A DNA stretch of 64,000 bases from the NCBI GenBank assembly GCA_010909165.1, contig VJWM01000223.1, positions 62,001-126,000 on the forward strand. Reading direction: 5' to 3'. The translations under genes and the position numbers were made by a program. Shown piece by piece: positions 23,789 to 36,900 of this stretch (position 1 is the first letter of the stretch; every line of letters starts with the position of its first letter). The notes beneath the pieces were generated by a model that was not told the DNA's origin, did not search any database, and saw only the letters and a program-made list of their open reading frames with translations. Origin of the DNA: Anthoceros angustus. Taxonomy: Eukaryota; Plantae; Anthocerotophyta.

Positions 23789-25738
23789 TCACAGGGTTTC
23801 TTGAGATCGTCTTACAATCCGACTCACTTTCCGCTTGAACTCCTCCTTTGTCTCCCTCCATTCCTTCTGAGATCGATGACAACGGAATCAGTGAGATTGC
23901 ATTGATTACCAAGAGACCAGCCCTGAAAGTTCAATCTCATTCCCAACCATTGCAGAAAGTAACAAGGATAATCTTAACATATTGGCCACTTACAGCAGCA
24001 TCAATGTTTGCAGGTGATTCATCATTTGGGCTGGAAAGCATGGAAATGATACTGAGCAGTATAGTCTCTACCTGCACAACCACCAGTTCCTAGCATAGTC
24101 AAAATGCTGCAGCGGACAGTGGTAAGGGCTTTGGAAGATCACAAGTTGCCAGTATAGCTGATCCCATACCGTGTGGACTGGTGACCATCTTTCGCTGGCA
24201 AGCTCATACCCGTTTGGGTCATCTCCAGGGGCATGAAGGATAGAGATGCAAACTCGTCCATCCGGATAAACTGGAACACAGATTTTAAGAAACAAGAGGG
24301 ACAACTGAGTCAGCAATGGTTAGAGAGTCTCATGCATTGGATGCAGCATCTCAAACAGGACCAAGATGATGCCCAAGGGCTATCACCACAAGACTATTCC
24401 ATCATGGACTAGTAGGTTCAAACTTCCATACACAGAAAATCTAAGGAGAGTCTCGAAGTTCCTCACAAAACTACGACCTGGTACCTGAGCGTTCACAGCG
24501 CTCTGTTAGTTTACATGAAACAGTAACATGCAAAACTGACCGACGTTGCAGACCAGATGTACAAATAATGGGCAGGGCAGACCATGAGCTGGTGTTACGA
24601 CGGGAAGCGGCATAGCCCCAAAGAGCTGGCAACTTACCATTAGGGTGCCACATATCTGAGGTGAATCTCACTGACGGTGGACTGTTTGGATAATTTGAAG
24701 GAAAACTCATGATCGCATTGAAATACCCGCCCTCACTGCAACCAGGGTACCAAAAAATCCTGGGATAAGAATCTACAACCACCAAAGCATGGCGGAGTCA
24801 AAGAGACTTGCATTGGAGCAAAGAACCGCTTCCAATTCCTCTGACCGTTGCTACGTTACTGAACTGCCTTGCTCTGCACGATGATACTTTGAGACAACTT
24901 TTACAACCTGGAACAACTATCTTGGAAAGGTTAATCCCCAACCTTATGGTACAAGGAGGAGAATGTAGCCACTTACTACAGTGTGTCTGGGGGCCCAATG
25001 ATGGTGACATTCCACTCAAAAACATTTGAATCGTCCACAAGCCCTGCCGAGAAACCGTCCACCGGATTCCTCGAAAGATCTGCAACCATCCCAGGTAATC
25101 TCAACCAAATAAGAATCCAGTGTAGACACACCAATAATCGGTTCACATCAGTTTCCTAGAACTCCTCTTGCAGAGGCTACTGGCTGAATTGCAAAGCTAA
25201 CGCTGATTAAGTTCCATGCACACAAAATGTAGCCACATAGCATTTGCTTATCTTCTAGTACCCTCAACCCCAGCAACCCTAGACAACTGGACTCAAACAC
25301 TCAGCTCACTGTCCCCAAGCCACAACAGATAATGCGGAATAACAAGTAAAGCCCTGCCAGACTGGACAAGTGCCCGGGCAGAGCAAGCAGGGGTGTGACA
25401 AGATCAACCTACCATGGAATCACCTGAATAATGCGCCAGTACTTTACCCATTACTAAAGAAGGGTGGTATTGACCCCAAGGGAAGATGCTCCGCTACACA
25501 TGCGGGGCGGTAGAGAGCACGGCCAGGATCATGTAAGCAAGAGGGTGATGAGAGATGGAACAGGAGTTACGGCTAAGATATTTGTGATGCGGACGATGCA
25601 GCAAATTGTGAGTTAGTCAACAAGAGACCAGCAGGCAGGCATAGGGGAAGGCAGCAGGCAGTGGATCAGAAGAAGCGAAAAGGTTGTTTTACCTTTCAAC
25701 TGTTTGCGCAAGAGGAGGCTGGCCTGGCTTTCCGACAT
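23789..25738 (-). CDS. UBC7: Ubiquitin-conjugating enzyme E2, UBC7/13/14 (UBE2G1) class, multi-exon
   Basis: [15 protein letters not shown]; [32 protein letters not shown]; [34 protein letters not shown] (catalytic Cys plus acidic loop); ends RSQETL*. Confidence 0.93.
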
Positions 25739-26326
25739 GCTGCTTCCGCTTGAACTCTGTGAAGGCTTGCCGACGCGCCTTGGATGGATGAGCACCTGTG
25801 CTGCCGGAGCACAGGCTGGCGGTGATCGAGCTGCGGTGCTAGCGCCCAAGAATTGCACGTGCAGCGTACAGGGATCAGGGTAGGATCCAGGCACGCCACC
25901 GCCTCATGAAATCCTGGTAACACGAACAAGGATGGATCATCAAGCCGCGAGGCAGGGAGGTGGAGAGCGCGGCATGTGCACTCCAGGGGCCTGGGGGAGT
26001 GACGGGCAGGGGCAATGGAGATCCAAGCCTCCAGGGTTGCTTCTCTTCTATCTTCTATTACTTCCATTCTCCATGTACATATGTGCGAGATGCACCGAGA
26101 TACATCCACATGACTTACCTTAATTGTCATCATCAACTCCTGGTTGCTGCTGCCCTAAACTTTACACCCGCATTTTCTAGTCACCCGTTGGCGTTGGTGG
26201 TACCTGGACACAGCTACCCATGTACATATGTGCGCACAGTTTAAAAAAACGTGAAACGGCGGTAGGAGACGTACTTCTGTGCGGAATCGTCTGCTGCTGC
26301 TGCTTCTGCTGCTTCAGCTCGGCGCC

Positions 26327-27329
26327 ATGCCGCAGCGCCACTCCAAGAACAACAACGATCTCGCTTTCTTCACCTACGACGAGCGGAAGAAGCTAGGGTA
26401 TGGCACGCAGCGGGAGCGGCTCGGCAGGGATTCCATCAAGCCCTTCGATGCCTGCTGCATCTGTTTGAAGCCCTTCGTCGAGCCGCTGTGCTGCCTCAAG
26501 GGACATGCCTTCTGCAAGGAGTGCATCTTTCAGTACCTGCTGGCTCAGAAGAAGGACATCAAAAGGTAATGTGTTCGGCGTGCTGACGGGGAGAGTAATC
26601 GATTGATGTTTGTGCGGAATTTGATCTGTTTGTGCTGAACGACGCTTCAGGAAGCTGGCTCTGTTCACAGCACAGCAGAAGGAAGAGCAAGAGCGGGAAG
26701 AGGAGAGGAAGCAGGCGGAGCGGGAGCGGGAATTAGATGCTTTCGACCGTCAGAACAGCAGTGCGGTGCCTCACCATGATAGGAGTAGTGTGTCTAACAA
26801 GATGAATGGCTTCCACGGAGCGAACAGTGTGAAGGTGACCTCGTACGAGGAGGAAGCGCTGAGAACCATGAAGGCCTTCTGGTTGCCGTCCGCCACACCG
26901 GAAGCGCCGGAGAAGGCCCAGGCTCCTCCCACGGATACCGTCTGCCCCGAGGGTAAAGAGAAGATCAAGCTTAAGGAGTTGTTCCCACTTAGGTTTTCGA
27001 TGCCTCCCGCCCGCGGGTCCCCGGAGCAGGATGATTCGGGCAGATTCTGGTGTCCGTCTTGTTCCCTCACCTTCACCAACACGTCCACGCTTGTGGCGCT
27101 TTCGACCTGCGGTCATGTGTTTTGCAAGAAGTGTAGAGATCAGTTTGTGGCCGTGGACAAGCGGTGCATGGTGTGCAACAAGGCTTGCAAAGAGAGGAAC
27201 CTGGTAGAATTGGAGAAGGGTGGAACAGGGTTTGCAGGCCATGGAGATGACCTGGAGGCAAAGACCTTCAAGCACGTAGGCAGCGGAACTGGCATGGGCT
27301 TGGCGAGGCCGACAACTCGGCTGCTATGA
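26327..27329 (+). CDS. CSU1: RING/U-box E3 ligase CSU1 (NOSIP homologue), 2 exons
   Basis: MPQRHSKNNNDLAFFTYDERKKLGYGTQRERLGRDSIKPFDACCIC...; C-terminal RING 'CPSC...CGHVFCKKC...CMVC' and 'GGTGFAGHG'. Intron at ~26566-26650. Confidence 0.93.
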
Positions 27330-27756
27330 CGTCCAGTTGCTACCTGCGCCTAGCCTGACCTTCATCCTGTAGGGTTATGTTACGGTAATAGGAGACGCAG
27401 GAAGAGAAATTGTAGGATGCGTAATTGGCACTGGTTAATACGATGTAAGCGCGTGATTTGGGGACTCGCTCACACGGGCGTTCGCGATGGCGTGTTCGTG
27501 TATGCGACGGCAACCGGAAGGGGCAAAGGAAATGGGCAAGTGGATGTGATACGGGAGATGGAATCTGGGTGCAGCGCCGCAGATCCCGCGTCACCGTGTG
27601 TCAGGCGAGCTGCGCTTGCCCAAGTGAATCTCCTTTTCCGGCAGCCTTTCTCTTAAGGAGCGATGTGAACAGGCTTGGTGGATGGCGCCCGATTACCGTT
27701 CCCGGTCACAGCCCTGAGAAGGGCGAGCGCATTCTGAAGTTTACGACAGCCTTGGG

Positions 27757-30605
27757 ATGGCCCGCTGGTTGCAGCGCTCCAACTGCGCCTCGTTGCAGAG
27801 CAATGTCTTGTCCCCCGCCGGCGTGTTGGACAATCTGGCATCAGCGCGCGTGTGTGGCGGGTGTGACCTGGCCGTCTTTGCGTGCCGATTCCACAGAACG
27901 TCCTCCTTCTCGGGCCTGGGCCTTCATCTTCACCAGGGATCTTCCCCCGTTCCCGCTTCGAGGAAGGCTGTCAAGGTTAGGGCATCTGCGGGCGATCAGT
28001 ACCCCTGTGCCTGCAAGGGGCTGCAGGAATCCAGCTTGTCGCAACCCAATTCTGCGACGAGCTCCTTTGGCGATCGACCCATTATAGCGCTCCGGGCCGC
28101 CTCCGGAGCCACCACCACATCCACAGATTTTTCATTGGATGAGGTAAGACCGGTCTTGGTCTGTTATCGTGCGTGGGTAAGACTTTGCCGTCGCCCGATG
28201 AATCCAATCTGGGGTTTTTGGCCGTCCAGGGTGTGGGAGGTGTTGGCAAGAACGTGGTTGGTGACTTGGTGAACTTCCTGAATGCATCCTGGACACCCTT
28301 TCACGCCACAGGTGGGTAGCTGACTTCAGCCTGTTTTCTGTTTCTGCCAGTGGTGTGCCCAGCTCAACCCAAGCTGCCTTGCTGTTTAGTGAGTTGGACT
28401 CGTTGCTTTGGTTGCAGCGGAGGCAAAGCGCTTGCTCCAGGAAGCTGGGTTTCAGCAGTTGCACGAGGCAGATGAATGGCAAGTCCAACCTGGCGGCCGA
28501 TATTTTTTCACCCGAAACATGTCGTCGATATTTGCGTTCGCCGTTGGTGAAAAGTAGGTGTCTTGTTCATGATTTGGGAAGGATACCGAGTAGTTTTGTT
28601 TGTTTGTGTTGAGTTTTTTTGGCTCTACACCTGCGAAGTGGTGGTGGGAGCCTTAATTGTGCTCCTTGTATTGTCTCAAACAGATACGAGGCTGGAAACG
28701 CATTTCATGTGATAGCAGCACATACGGACAGCCCTTGTCCCAAGTTGAAACCAGTGTCGGCTGCCTCCAAGGCTGGCTTCCTGAATGTAGGTGTTCAAAC
28801 ATACGGAGGTGGTTTGTGGCATACTTGGTTCGACAGGGACCTTAGTGTGGCAGGGCGGGTTATTCTGAGGAGGGCAGGGAAGCGTGTGGAGCAGGAGCTG
28901 GTGAAGGTGGAAAGGCCAATTCTAAGGATCCCGACTCTTGCAATTCATTTGGACAGGTAGTTGCTACGTTTTAAAGGTGAAGTGGTGGTGGCACGTTGGA
29001 AAGGATGAGTGTGGGTTGGGCGTGGGTTAGTAACAGGGACAGCGTTTGTGGTGACATGGAAGATTTCAGGTCAATCAATACAGATGGATTCAAGCCAAAC
29101 CTGGAAAGTCATCTTGCACCGGTGCTGGCCACGCAAATAAGATCAGAGCTGTCCGGGGGGCATGATGAAGGGAACGGTGCAGCATTCAGCGTGAACAAGT
29201 CTCACCACTCGCTCCTGTTGCAGGTACCGATTGCGTTGACGGGTGGTGAGGAAAGCAAGCAAGGCTGCATTTAGAGCTTTGCAAGGAAGGAAAGGAGTAG
29301 GAGTTACAAGGGCGGCTTGTGAATGCAGGTTTTGGCAGAGGAGTTGAAGTGTAGGGTAGAAGAGATAGCGGACTTGGAGCTGAACGTGTGTGACACGCAG
29401 CCGGGTTGCATCGGCGGGGCAAGGAAAGAGTTCATCTTCAGTGGAAGGCTGGACAATCTGGCATCCTCCTTCTGTGCTCTGCGCGCCCTGATAGACACGT
29501 GCAAGTACGACACAGCTTTGGCAGAGGAGAGCTGCATTCGAGCGGTGGCTCTGTTCGACAACGAAGAGGTAGGGGATAGCGGGCGAACGCGGGGCGGGGC
29601 AGGGCGGGCGAGGCGGGGCTGGGCTGGGCTGGGCTGGGCAGGACAGGAGTGGAGTGGAGTGGAATGGAGTGCGGTGGAGTGCGGTGGAGTGGAAGAAGGG
29701 TGAGTAGTTTTCTGAAGGGACGACATGCATGTACGTATGTGCAGGTGGGATCGGAGTCTGCTCAAGGGGCTGGGTCACCGACCATGTTTCAGGCAATGAA
29801 ACGGATCAGCCGACTATTGAGCCGTGGCGTGGAGAGGGAGGGCATTGTGGAGCGGACGATCCGGAAGTCCTTCTTGGGTGAGTAGAAGCCGGGTGGCGGG
29901 GTGATTCGTAATTCGGTGATGTGGATGTGGATGCGGATGTGGATGTGGATGTGGATGGGATGCATGATGCGGGGTTGGTGCGCTGCGGTGCGCAGTGTCG
30001 GCCGACATGGCGCATGCTGTGCATCCCAATTATTGCGAGAGGCATGAGGAACATCACCAGCCGAAGCTGCACGAGGGACTTGTGATCAAGCACAACGCCA
30101 ACCAGCGGTACGCCACAACGGCGGTGACGGCGTTCCTGTTCAAGGAAGTGGCTAGGGCTTGCGGCATCCCGACGCAGGTGAGCATACAGAGGAAGAGACG
30201 GTTCCGTGACCTGGCCCGGGCGGTGGGATGCTGACCGGGTTGTGGACTGGGGTGTGCAGAATTTCGTGGTGCGCAACGACATGGGGTGCGGGTCGACGAT
30301 CGGGCCCATCCTCGCAGCGGGCATGGGCATCCGCACGGTGGACTGTGGCATGCCGCAGCTGTCGATGCACAGGTAGGCAAGCTGCCTGTTATACTCCCTC
30401 CCTCTTGTGGTGGTTGTTGGAGCCATGGCATGGGAAATGCGGTTGGTGCGGGTGATGGGAGCCATGATTTTGGCTGGCTTGCTGCCGCTGCTGCAGTGTG
30501 CGAGAGATGTGCGGCACGGAGGACGTGGACATCGCGTACAGGCACTTCAAGGCATTCTACCGCTTCTTCACTCCCGTAGACCAGCAGCTGCACCTGGACG
30601 CGTAG
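27757..30605 (+). CDS. Aspartyl aminopeptidase (M18/DNPEP), intact active site, long N-terminal extension resembling a plastid transit peptide
   Basis: [39 protein letters not shown]|[33 protein letters not shown] and LSMHS are all present. Stop at 30603-30605. Confidence 0.93.
29580..29960. repeat. Intronic microsatellites (GGGCT, GGAGT pentamers; GGATGT hexamer)
   Basis: Visible at 29580-29700 and 29915-29960, within introns of the aminopeptidase gene. Confidence 0.8.
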
Positions 30606-31285
30606 CGGAGTCCGTGGTCCTGGACTCCTGGACTCCGTGCCCCGGGTATGTCCCCCATGTAACATGTACCATGTATGTCGTGTACACATAGGTCCCGCGG
30701 GAGGGGTTGGGGCGATGGTATTTCATTATTTTCGGGAATGCTATTCACACATTCGATTTGACTGTGGGAAGAGAAAAAGACGCGAGATGTGTATGTATGT
30801 AGATAGAGAGGGAAGGACCTGGGGCCTGGGGCCTGGGGGCCTGGGGCCTGGGGCCAGTGGCCTGGAAAGGCGAGCAGGTGAGCGGGCGAGGCCTGCGGCA
30901 GTGACCTAGAAGCGCGGTGCGCGGCGGGACACGTGCTTGGCCCGCGCGCGTGACGCAGGCTGGCGTGCTTGGGGGAAACGCGGTGCAGTCTCCCGCTCTC
31001 TCTCTACCTTTGCTGTTGCCTTGTGTGTGGCTGCACTGTAGACAGCAGTGTGGGCCCAGGGCAGCGGAGCAATGACAGGGGTCGGAAGCAACGAATCCCG
31101 GGCCGCTCCGGCCTCCTCATCCAGGCCCGCTCTTTCCTTGCACCTTCCTCGGCCTTCTCCTTCTCCTTGGGGTCCTTATAGGAAGGATCCTGCCGGAAGC
31201 TCTTCTCTGCTCCCTGTCCCCGTCGTCCCTGTCCGTGTGTCCCCAAAGCGGCCGCAAACGCCCTGAGCCACACTCCGCGCGCGCC

Positions 31286-33976
31286 ATGGCCGCCGATGGC
31301 CATGTCCCCCCGGCCGATGCTCCCTCCCCGGGTCCCGGTCCGGGTCCGGGTCCGGGTCCGGGCCCGGGCCCGGCCCGCCGCCGCCATCGCCATCGCCTTC
31401 GCCTCCGCCTGCAGCAGCTGGTGGAGAAGGTGGACTGGACTTACGCTGTGCTGTGGGAGCTCTCTCCGGATTTCCGGTACTGCAACCTCGCCACCTCCGA
31501 CTCGCTGTCATGGGTGCTGAGGAGGATTTGGATTCCGTGCATGCCGTTTGCCGCTGCTGCTGCTGCTCCTTCTCCTGCTGCCGCCCTCATGGAAGGGGAG
31601 CGGGCTCCAAGACTTGTAGTTGTAACTAGGCGTGCCTTTGCCTTTGCCTCTGCCTTTGCCGTTGCATCGCAGGAACGTGGTGTGGGGAGACGGGTACTAC
31701 AACGGGCTGCCCTCCTCGCTGCCCATGCCCTGGGCGCAGCGGGCCGCCAGGCGGCAGGTAGTGCAAGAGGTGCAGGAGTCGTGGCCGGGGCTGGCGCAGA
31801 CGCACTTGGGCAGCCTCAGCACCGCCGAGTGGTTTTTCCTCACCACCGCCAACGTCTCCTTCCCCTTGGGAGCTCAGGGGTACGTAACGCTCTCTCTCTC
31901 TCGCTCGCTCTCTCCCTCTCTCGTGTTTTGCGATCAGATCGCATTTGTGCGATGCAATGCAATGCAATGCAATGCGAGTGGTGCAAATGGCTCACACCCG
32001 GTAGCTAGGTTAACGCAGAACGCCAGGGCAGACCATGATGAGCGGGACCTACGACTGGCTGTGCGACGCCGGCGCGCACCAGTCCGACTCCCCGCTCCAC
32101 TTCACCCGCGCCAAGGTGCTCTCAAATCGCCTCTCCTCCTTCCATGCCGTCTTCCCTGTTTGCTCGCCCAAGCTTTCTTCACCTAAACTTTTTGCATCTG
32201 GTGGCGGGGACGGCTCGGGACTATCGCTGGACCGCTACTCCAAACGCTCTATCATGGACAGGCGGCTGGAATGAAGGTGCGGCCCGGACTGAATTCAGCC
32301 TTGCTTTGCAGGCTCTGGGACCAGCCTGGGGCTGCATGATTCTGTAGGCGGGTGCTTGACGATGCTGAGTGCCTGCACTGCAGACTGTGCTGTGGGTTGC
32401 CACCCACGCCGGCGTGGTGGAGATGGGAAGCATCGAAGAGCAGGCGGAGGACGTGTTCGTGGTGGAGCTTGTGAGGGACGCCTTCAGCAGCACCTCCAGC
32501 TCGGGAGCGGCGGCCGCCCCGCCACCGCCACCGCCACCGGCGTTGGAATTGTCGGCCGTGAGCGGCACCACGTTCTGCAGCACGCTCTCGGGCACGGGAG
32601 CGGATTCCGCCTACACATCCCCCTGAGCGGGGACGTGGTGGGGAGCCGTCCACCTCCTCCTTCGGCGACGGCCACCGGAGCCTGGACGAGCAGCTGCAGG
32701 AGCAGATGTCGCAGGACCGGATGAGGCACCACCACCACCATCACCACCACCACCACCAGCAGCAGCGGCTGTGGGCGGCGCCCCACTTCCTGGACGCGGG
32801 CTATGCGGACGGAGATGGAGACGCGGACGCGGACGCCGCATCGGTGTCTGCCTCTGCCTCTGCCTCCAACCACGGACAGCACAGGTTCCAGGAGCTGCAG
32901 CTGGTGCAGCAGGCGTCGCCTCCGCCGTCGCTCAACGGGTCCAGCCTCCTCACCCTGGAGGAGCAGGAGGGGGTGGAGGTGTACCCCCGGGGATGCAATT
33001 GGCGCGATGCGGATGCCGGGCCGTGCGCGTCCGGGTCCGGGTCCGGGTCGGGGTCGGGGTCCCCGCCCGGCCCGCTGGACCAGCTGCAGCTGGAGTGCGT
33101 GGGCGGGAAGCGGGCGCACGAGTGGGACGCCCAGATCGGGGGCCGCAGCAGGAAGCGAGGGCGGTCGGGGAAGAGGAGCAGGGACCCTGCGCCCGGCACC
33201 AGCATCACGCACGATTTCATGGTGGTGAGGAGCTGTGACAAGGAGTGCGCCCTCACCGATTCCAGCAACACCGCTGCTGCTGCCAAGTGGGGGGCTGGAA
33301 GGCTTGTTGCGCATGCAGTTGCAGGGTCGGGGTCGGGACAGGGACCGGGACCATCGTACACCCATGCGCCCAACGGGATGCTGCAGCTCCTGCCGTCCAT
33401 GGAGGAGCAGCTGGATGGGCATCAGCACCACCCGCAGGCGGAGCCGCTGCCGCTGCCGCACCCGGAGTCTGACGAGGCGCTGGCCCTGGCCCTGGCCCCC
33501 GCCCCCGACATGGAGGTGCGGATGGTGGATGCGGACCTGGTGGTGATCAAGCTGCACTCCAGGAACCGCCCGGGCCTCTTCGACGACATCATGTGTGCGC
33601 TGCAGGAGCTCAGAGTCCAGGTGCGGGAAGCCAACATGGGGTCCGTGGTGGGCACGCTGTTGCAGGAGTTCACTGCCAAGGTCGACAACTTTCTCACTCC
33701 CTCTCTGTCTTCTGTCCTCCATCTGCGTGTTTGTTTGTCAACATGTCCGTGCTTCCAACAAGACAGAAGCTGCTGGCCGCTTTCACCTAACACTGCCCTG
33801 CCCTGACTCCCCTTTGCGTGCAGGTGCACATCTCCTTCGCGCAAATGCTCACCACGGAGGTGATCGCAGCTGCTCTCCACCTGGCCGTGGAACGGGGCAA
33901 CAGGCAAAGCTTGTCGCCGCAATCTGTGCCCATCTTCAAGCACATGCCTTCCATGCACTCCATCCAGAGCTTATAG
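31286..33976 (+). CDS. MYC/R-type protein with bHLH-MYC_N and C-terminal ACT-like domains; bHLH domain not recognisable
   Basis: LQQLVEKVDWTYAVLWELS | VVWGDGYYNG...LSTAEWFFL...SFP | TVLWVATHAGVVEMGS. ACT-like region 'MEVRMVDADLVVIKLHSRNRPGLFDDIMCALQELRVQV'. Frame break at C/G runs 32619-32643, probably a sequence error. Stop at 33974-33976. Confidence 0.8.
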
Positions 33977-36900
33977 CTCTGCCTGCAGCTGCCCCGACCT
34001 CCATCTTTTCCGATGCCCTGCAAGGCCATTTCACTCTTGGTCTCCTCTTTTTTGATTACTGCATCTGCGTCGGCGTCGGCCCAGCCATTTGGCATGTGTT
34101 TCCGTTTGCCGTGGGTCAGTCACCAAGCGAGTCGATGGAAGCTAGCTAGCTACCTCTACCTCGCCTTGCGTCACAATGCGCACTGTGTACCAACAACACA
34201 AGAGGAGAGAAATGCTCCCATTTTCCCGGAGGACACGGAACCGGAATCGGAGCCGGAGCCGGAGCCGGAGCCGGAATGTACCTACCTGCCTGCTTTCCGG
34301 CAGCCAGTCTTCCTCCTCTTCCGACAACTTTACAGCAACGGACATTCTCGCTACCTATGTACCTATGTACTTTGACACGATCAAACCTGAATTTGACCCT
34401 GTTTGTATCACAATTTATTATTTTTTATTTCTCAATCTCAGCGTACTTAAGTCTCGCTTCTCTTCTCCCTGCTTTACATTCCCCACCTTGAGCCCCCAAC
34501 ACACTTGGCTAGACTTTTCCAAACAAGTACATGCTTGGCCCTTTCACCAAGCTTCGCATCATATTTTAATCATATTTTATTTTCTTTTGTTTTCCTCACA
34601 AATCGAGACCAACATTTCCAACTTCTTATGTACTATAGGTACGATGTTGTAATTATCCTTTTTTTTCATCTTATTTTTCTATAATTTTATAATAAAAATA
34701 ATATTCATGCAAATAGAACTCACAAATATTGATGGACTTTTTCTCAGCAACCAATTACTTCAAGTTCGGGAGCGTGGGGGCTATTCGTAAAAAGTCAACA
34801 AGCCCTTTCTCTACAAAATCAACAAAGTGTATATTCCCCTGGATAGATTTGTCCCATCATTACTTGTTCAATTAAATGTTTCATATATTCTTATTTTAAA
34901 TAATTAAATAATATACTAATGTATTTAATTTACTAATATCATACATACTATTATTTTCAATGCATCATAAATTAATCACACCCAATTTCAAGTAACTCAC
35001 AATACCAACATACATTGTTAGTGGGAGGGATGATTTCTGATGTTGAATCAAAATTGATAGTGCAGTTTATGAAAGAATACAAATCTTGTGAAAAAACATA
35101 TTGAATCTGTTCACTGTCTCATTACCGTCTTCAGGGCCACCATCACAACTTCCAAGGATGATATGTGATGCCTCCCCCATCTCGAGTGTGTTTTTTCTCA
35201 TCCTCTAACAATGGCCGTGAAGTTTTTTTGGTTTCTGCAATTAATTATTCACTCTTGAAAGTTATTTTTCGTTTTGCAGAGTAATTTTTCTAGTTTAAGG
35301 TATCATTTTTGTTTACAAAGTTTTTTCCTAGTTTAAAATATAGTTTTCTTAGTTTAGAAGCCATGGCTCCAAAATGTCTTCAAGCGAATGCATGCGTCTT
35401 TGGATTTGTTCAAGTCTAGCTTTCCATTGTCTAAATTCATATTTCATATGCAAGCACTTGCTATGCAGGTGGCAACGAGACTAACAAATTTTAGTGCTCT
35501 ATTCACAGTTTAGTTATGTAAGAGTATTACTTAGTTTAGAAACTGAAAAGTAAGTTTAGAAACCAAATTCCACCCCTGAATTGGTCCTCTTTTTACATAT
35601 TAGTTTCCAGAAAGTATTAATTAGTTTTAAAACTGGAACGTTAATTTGAAAACCAGATCCCACCATGGACATGGTCCTCTTTTCACCAATCAGATTTCTA
35701 GAAATCATTAATTAGCTTCAAGTTTAAAAACTAGATTCTAACTTGATCTTATGAATTTTAAGGTTCCACAAAATATGTGGAGGCTGGAATCCAATGCCAC
35801 CAATACTGCGGGATTCGATCTCACAGGAACCCACACAGTCAGAGCATTTCGGATGACGATAATTGCCGCTTGTGTGAGCGAAAAGGCCACCCTGTACTAG
35901 AAAAGACTTAATTTCGCAACCCTAAACCTGGAAAAAAAACAGGAGACCAACAGATGTGAGGAGTGAGGACGGGTCCTCGGCTTAAGGACGGGTCGGGTCG
36001 GGGCGGGGAAAAAGAGAAGCGATGAGAAGGGCTCACGGGTCGGGGAGGGAGGTGACCCTGAGTGGGGCATCCGTAGATGAGGGGACCTGTGCACGGGGTC
36101 TCCCGCCGCGTAGCGGCTCCGTTTTCCGGATTTGCGCCGGCGGCAGGCAGTCCTGCAAGTCTGCTTGTGAAAATATCGAGAAGCAACTTCACTGTTTAGG
36201 TTGCTGCAACTTGCAAGTGGAAGGCGGAGGATGCGGGGAGCAGCAGTGCCTCGCAGCAGGCTGCCCTGTGAGCGGCTATGCCGTCTCGGCCTTGGCGAGT
36301 ACCTAACGCCTGCACCGGTTTTCGACTGAATCATTATTTTAATGCTTTGTATATGAATATATCAGTTGGAAGAAACTGAAAATAGGCTCTTTGGTTTCTG
36401 GAACACGTAGCCTTGTCTTGTGTGCTTCCTTGCACTGGATGTAATGCGCTGACGCCTGGAAGGGAGGAACTTCCTTCAGCTTCTGCTATGTACTATGTTT
36501 TGATGTCGGGTGCTGAATGTCTCGAGAGCAACAATGTTATAAGTGCACGGTTGTGAGGATGTGGAGACTACCTGACTACACTTGCTCAGGTCCATTGGAC
36601 CAGCTTGTTATTGGTGTCATGTTTTGGAAGGTTCTGACATGGAGTGTAAATGTGTGTGCATCTCCACACCAACGTTGAGTCGTTGACCGAGGTACCTGTG
36701 CCGGTGGAATGCTAGGAATATCCAGCCCCGTGAAGTTTCTCGGGCTGCGATTGGTCTGCAGTGGTGCAGAGCGTCAAAAAGAGGATGACAAGAGTGGAAG
36801 GTCGGAAAGTGAGGACTAAAAGGCTGGATGAACAAACGGCGAGGGAAAGGTGAACATGGACCATTTCTCGATTTGTGCGTGTCATCGTTGTCCAGGGCCA

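Noticed and set aside
32484-33722. Long antisense ORFs (412 aa here; also 40148-41113, 15485-16354, 45494-46237)
   Set aside because: Shadow ORFs of GC-rich coding sequence on the opposite strand, with no domain features.
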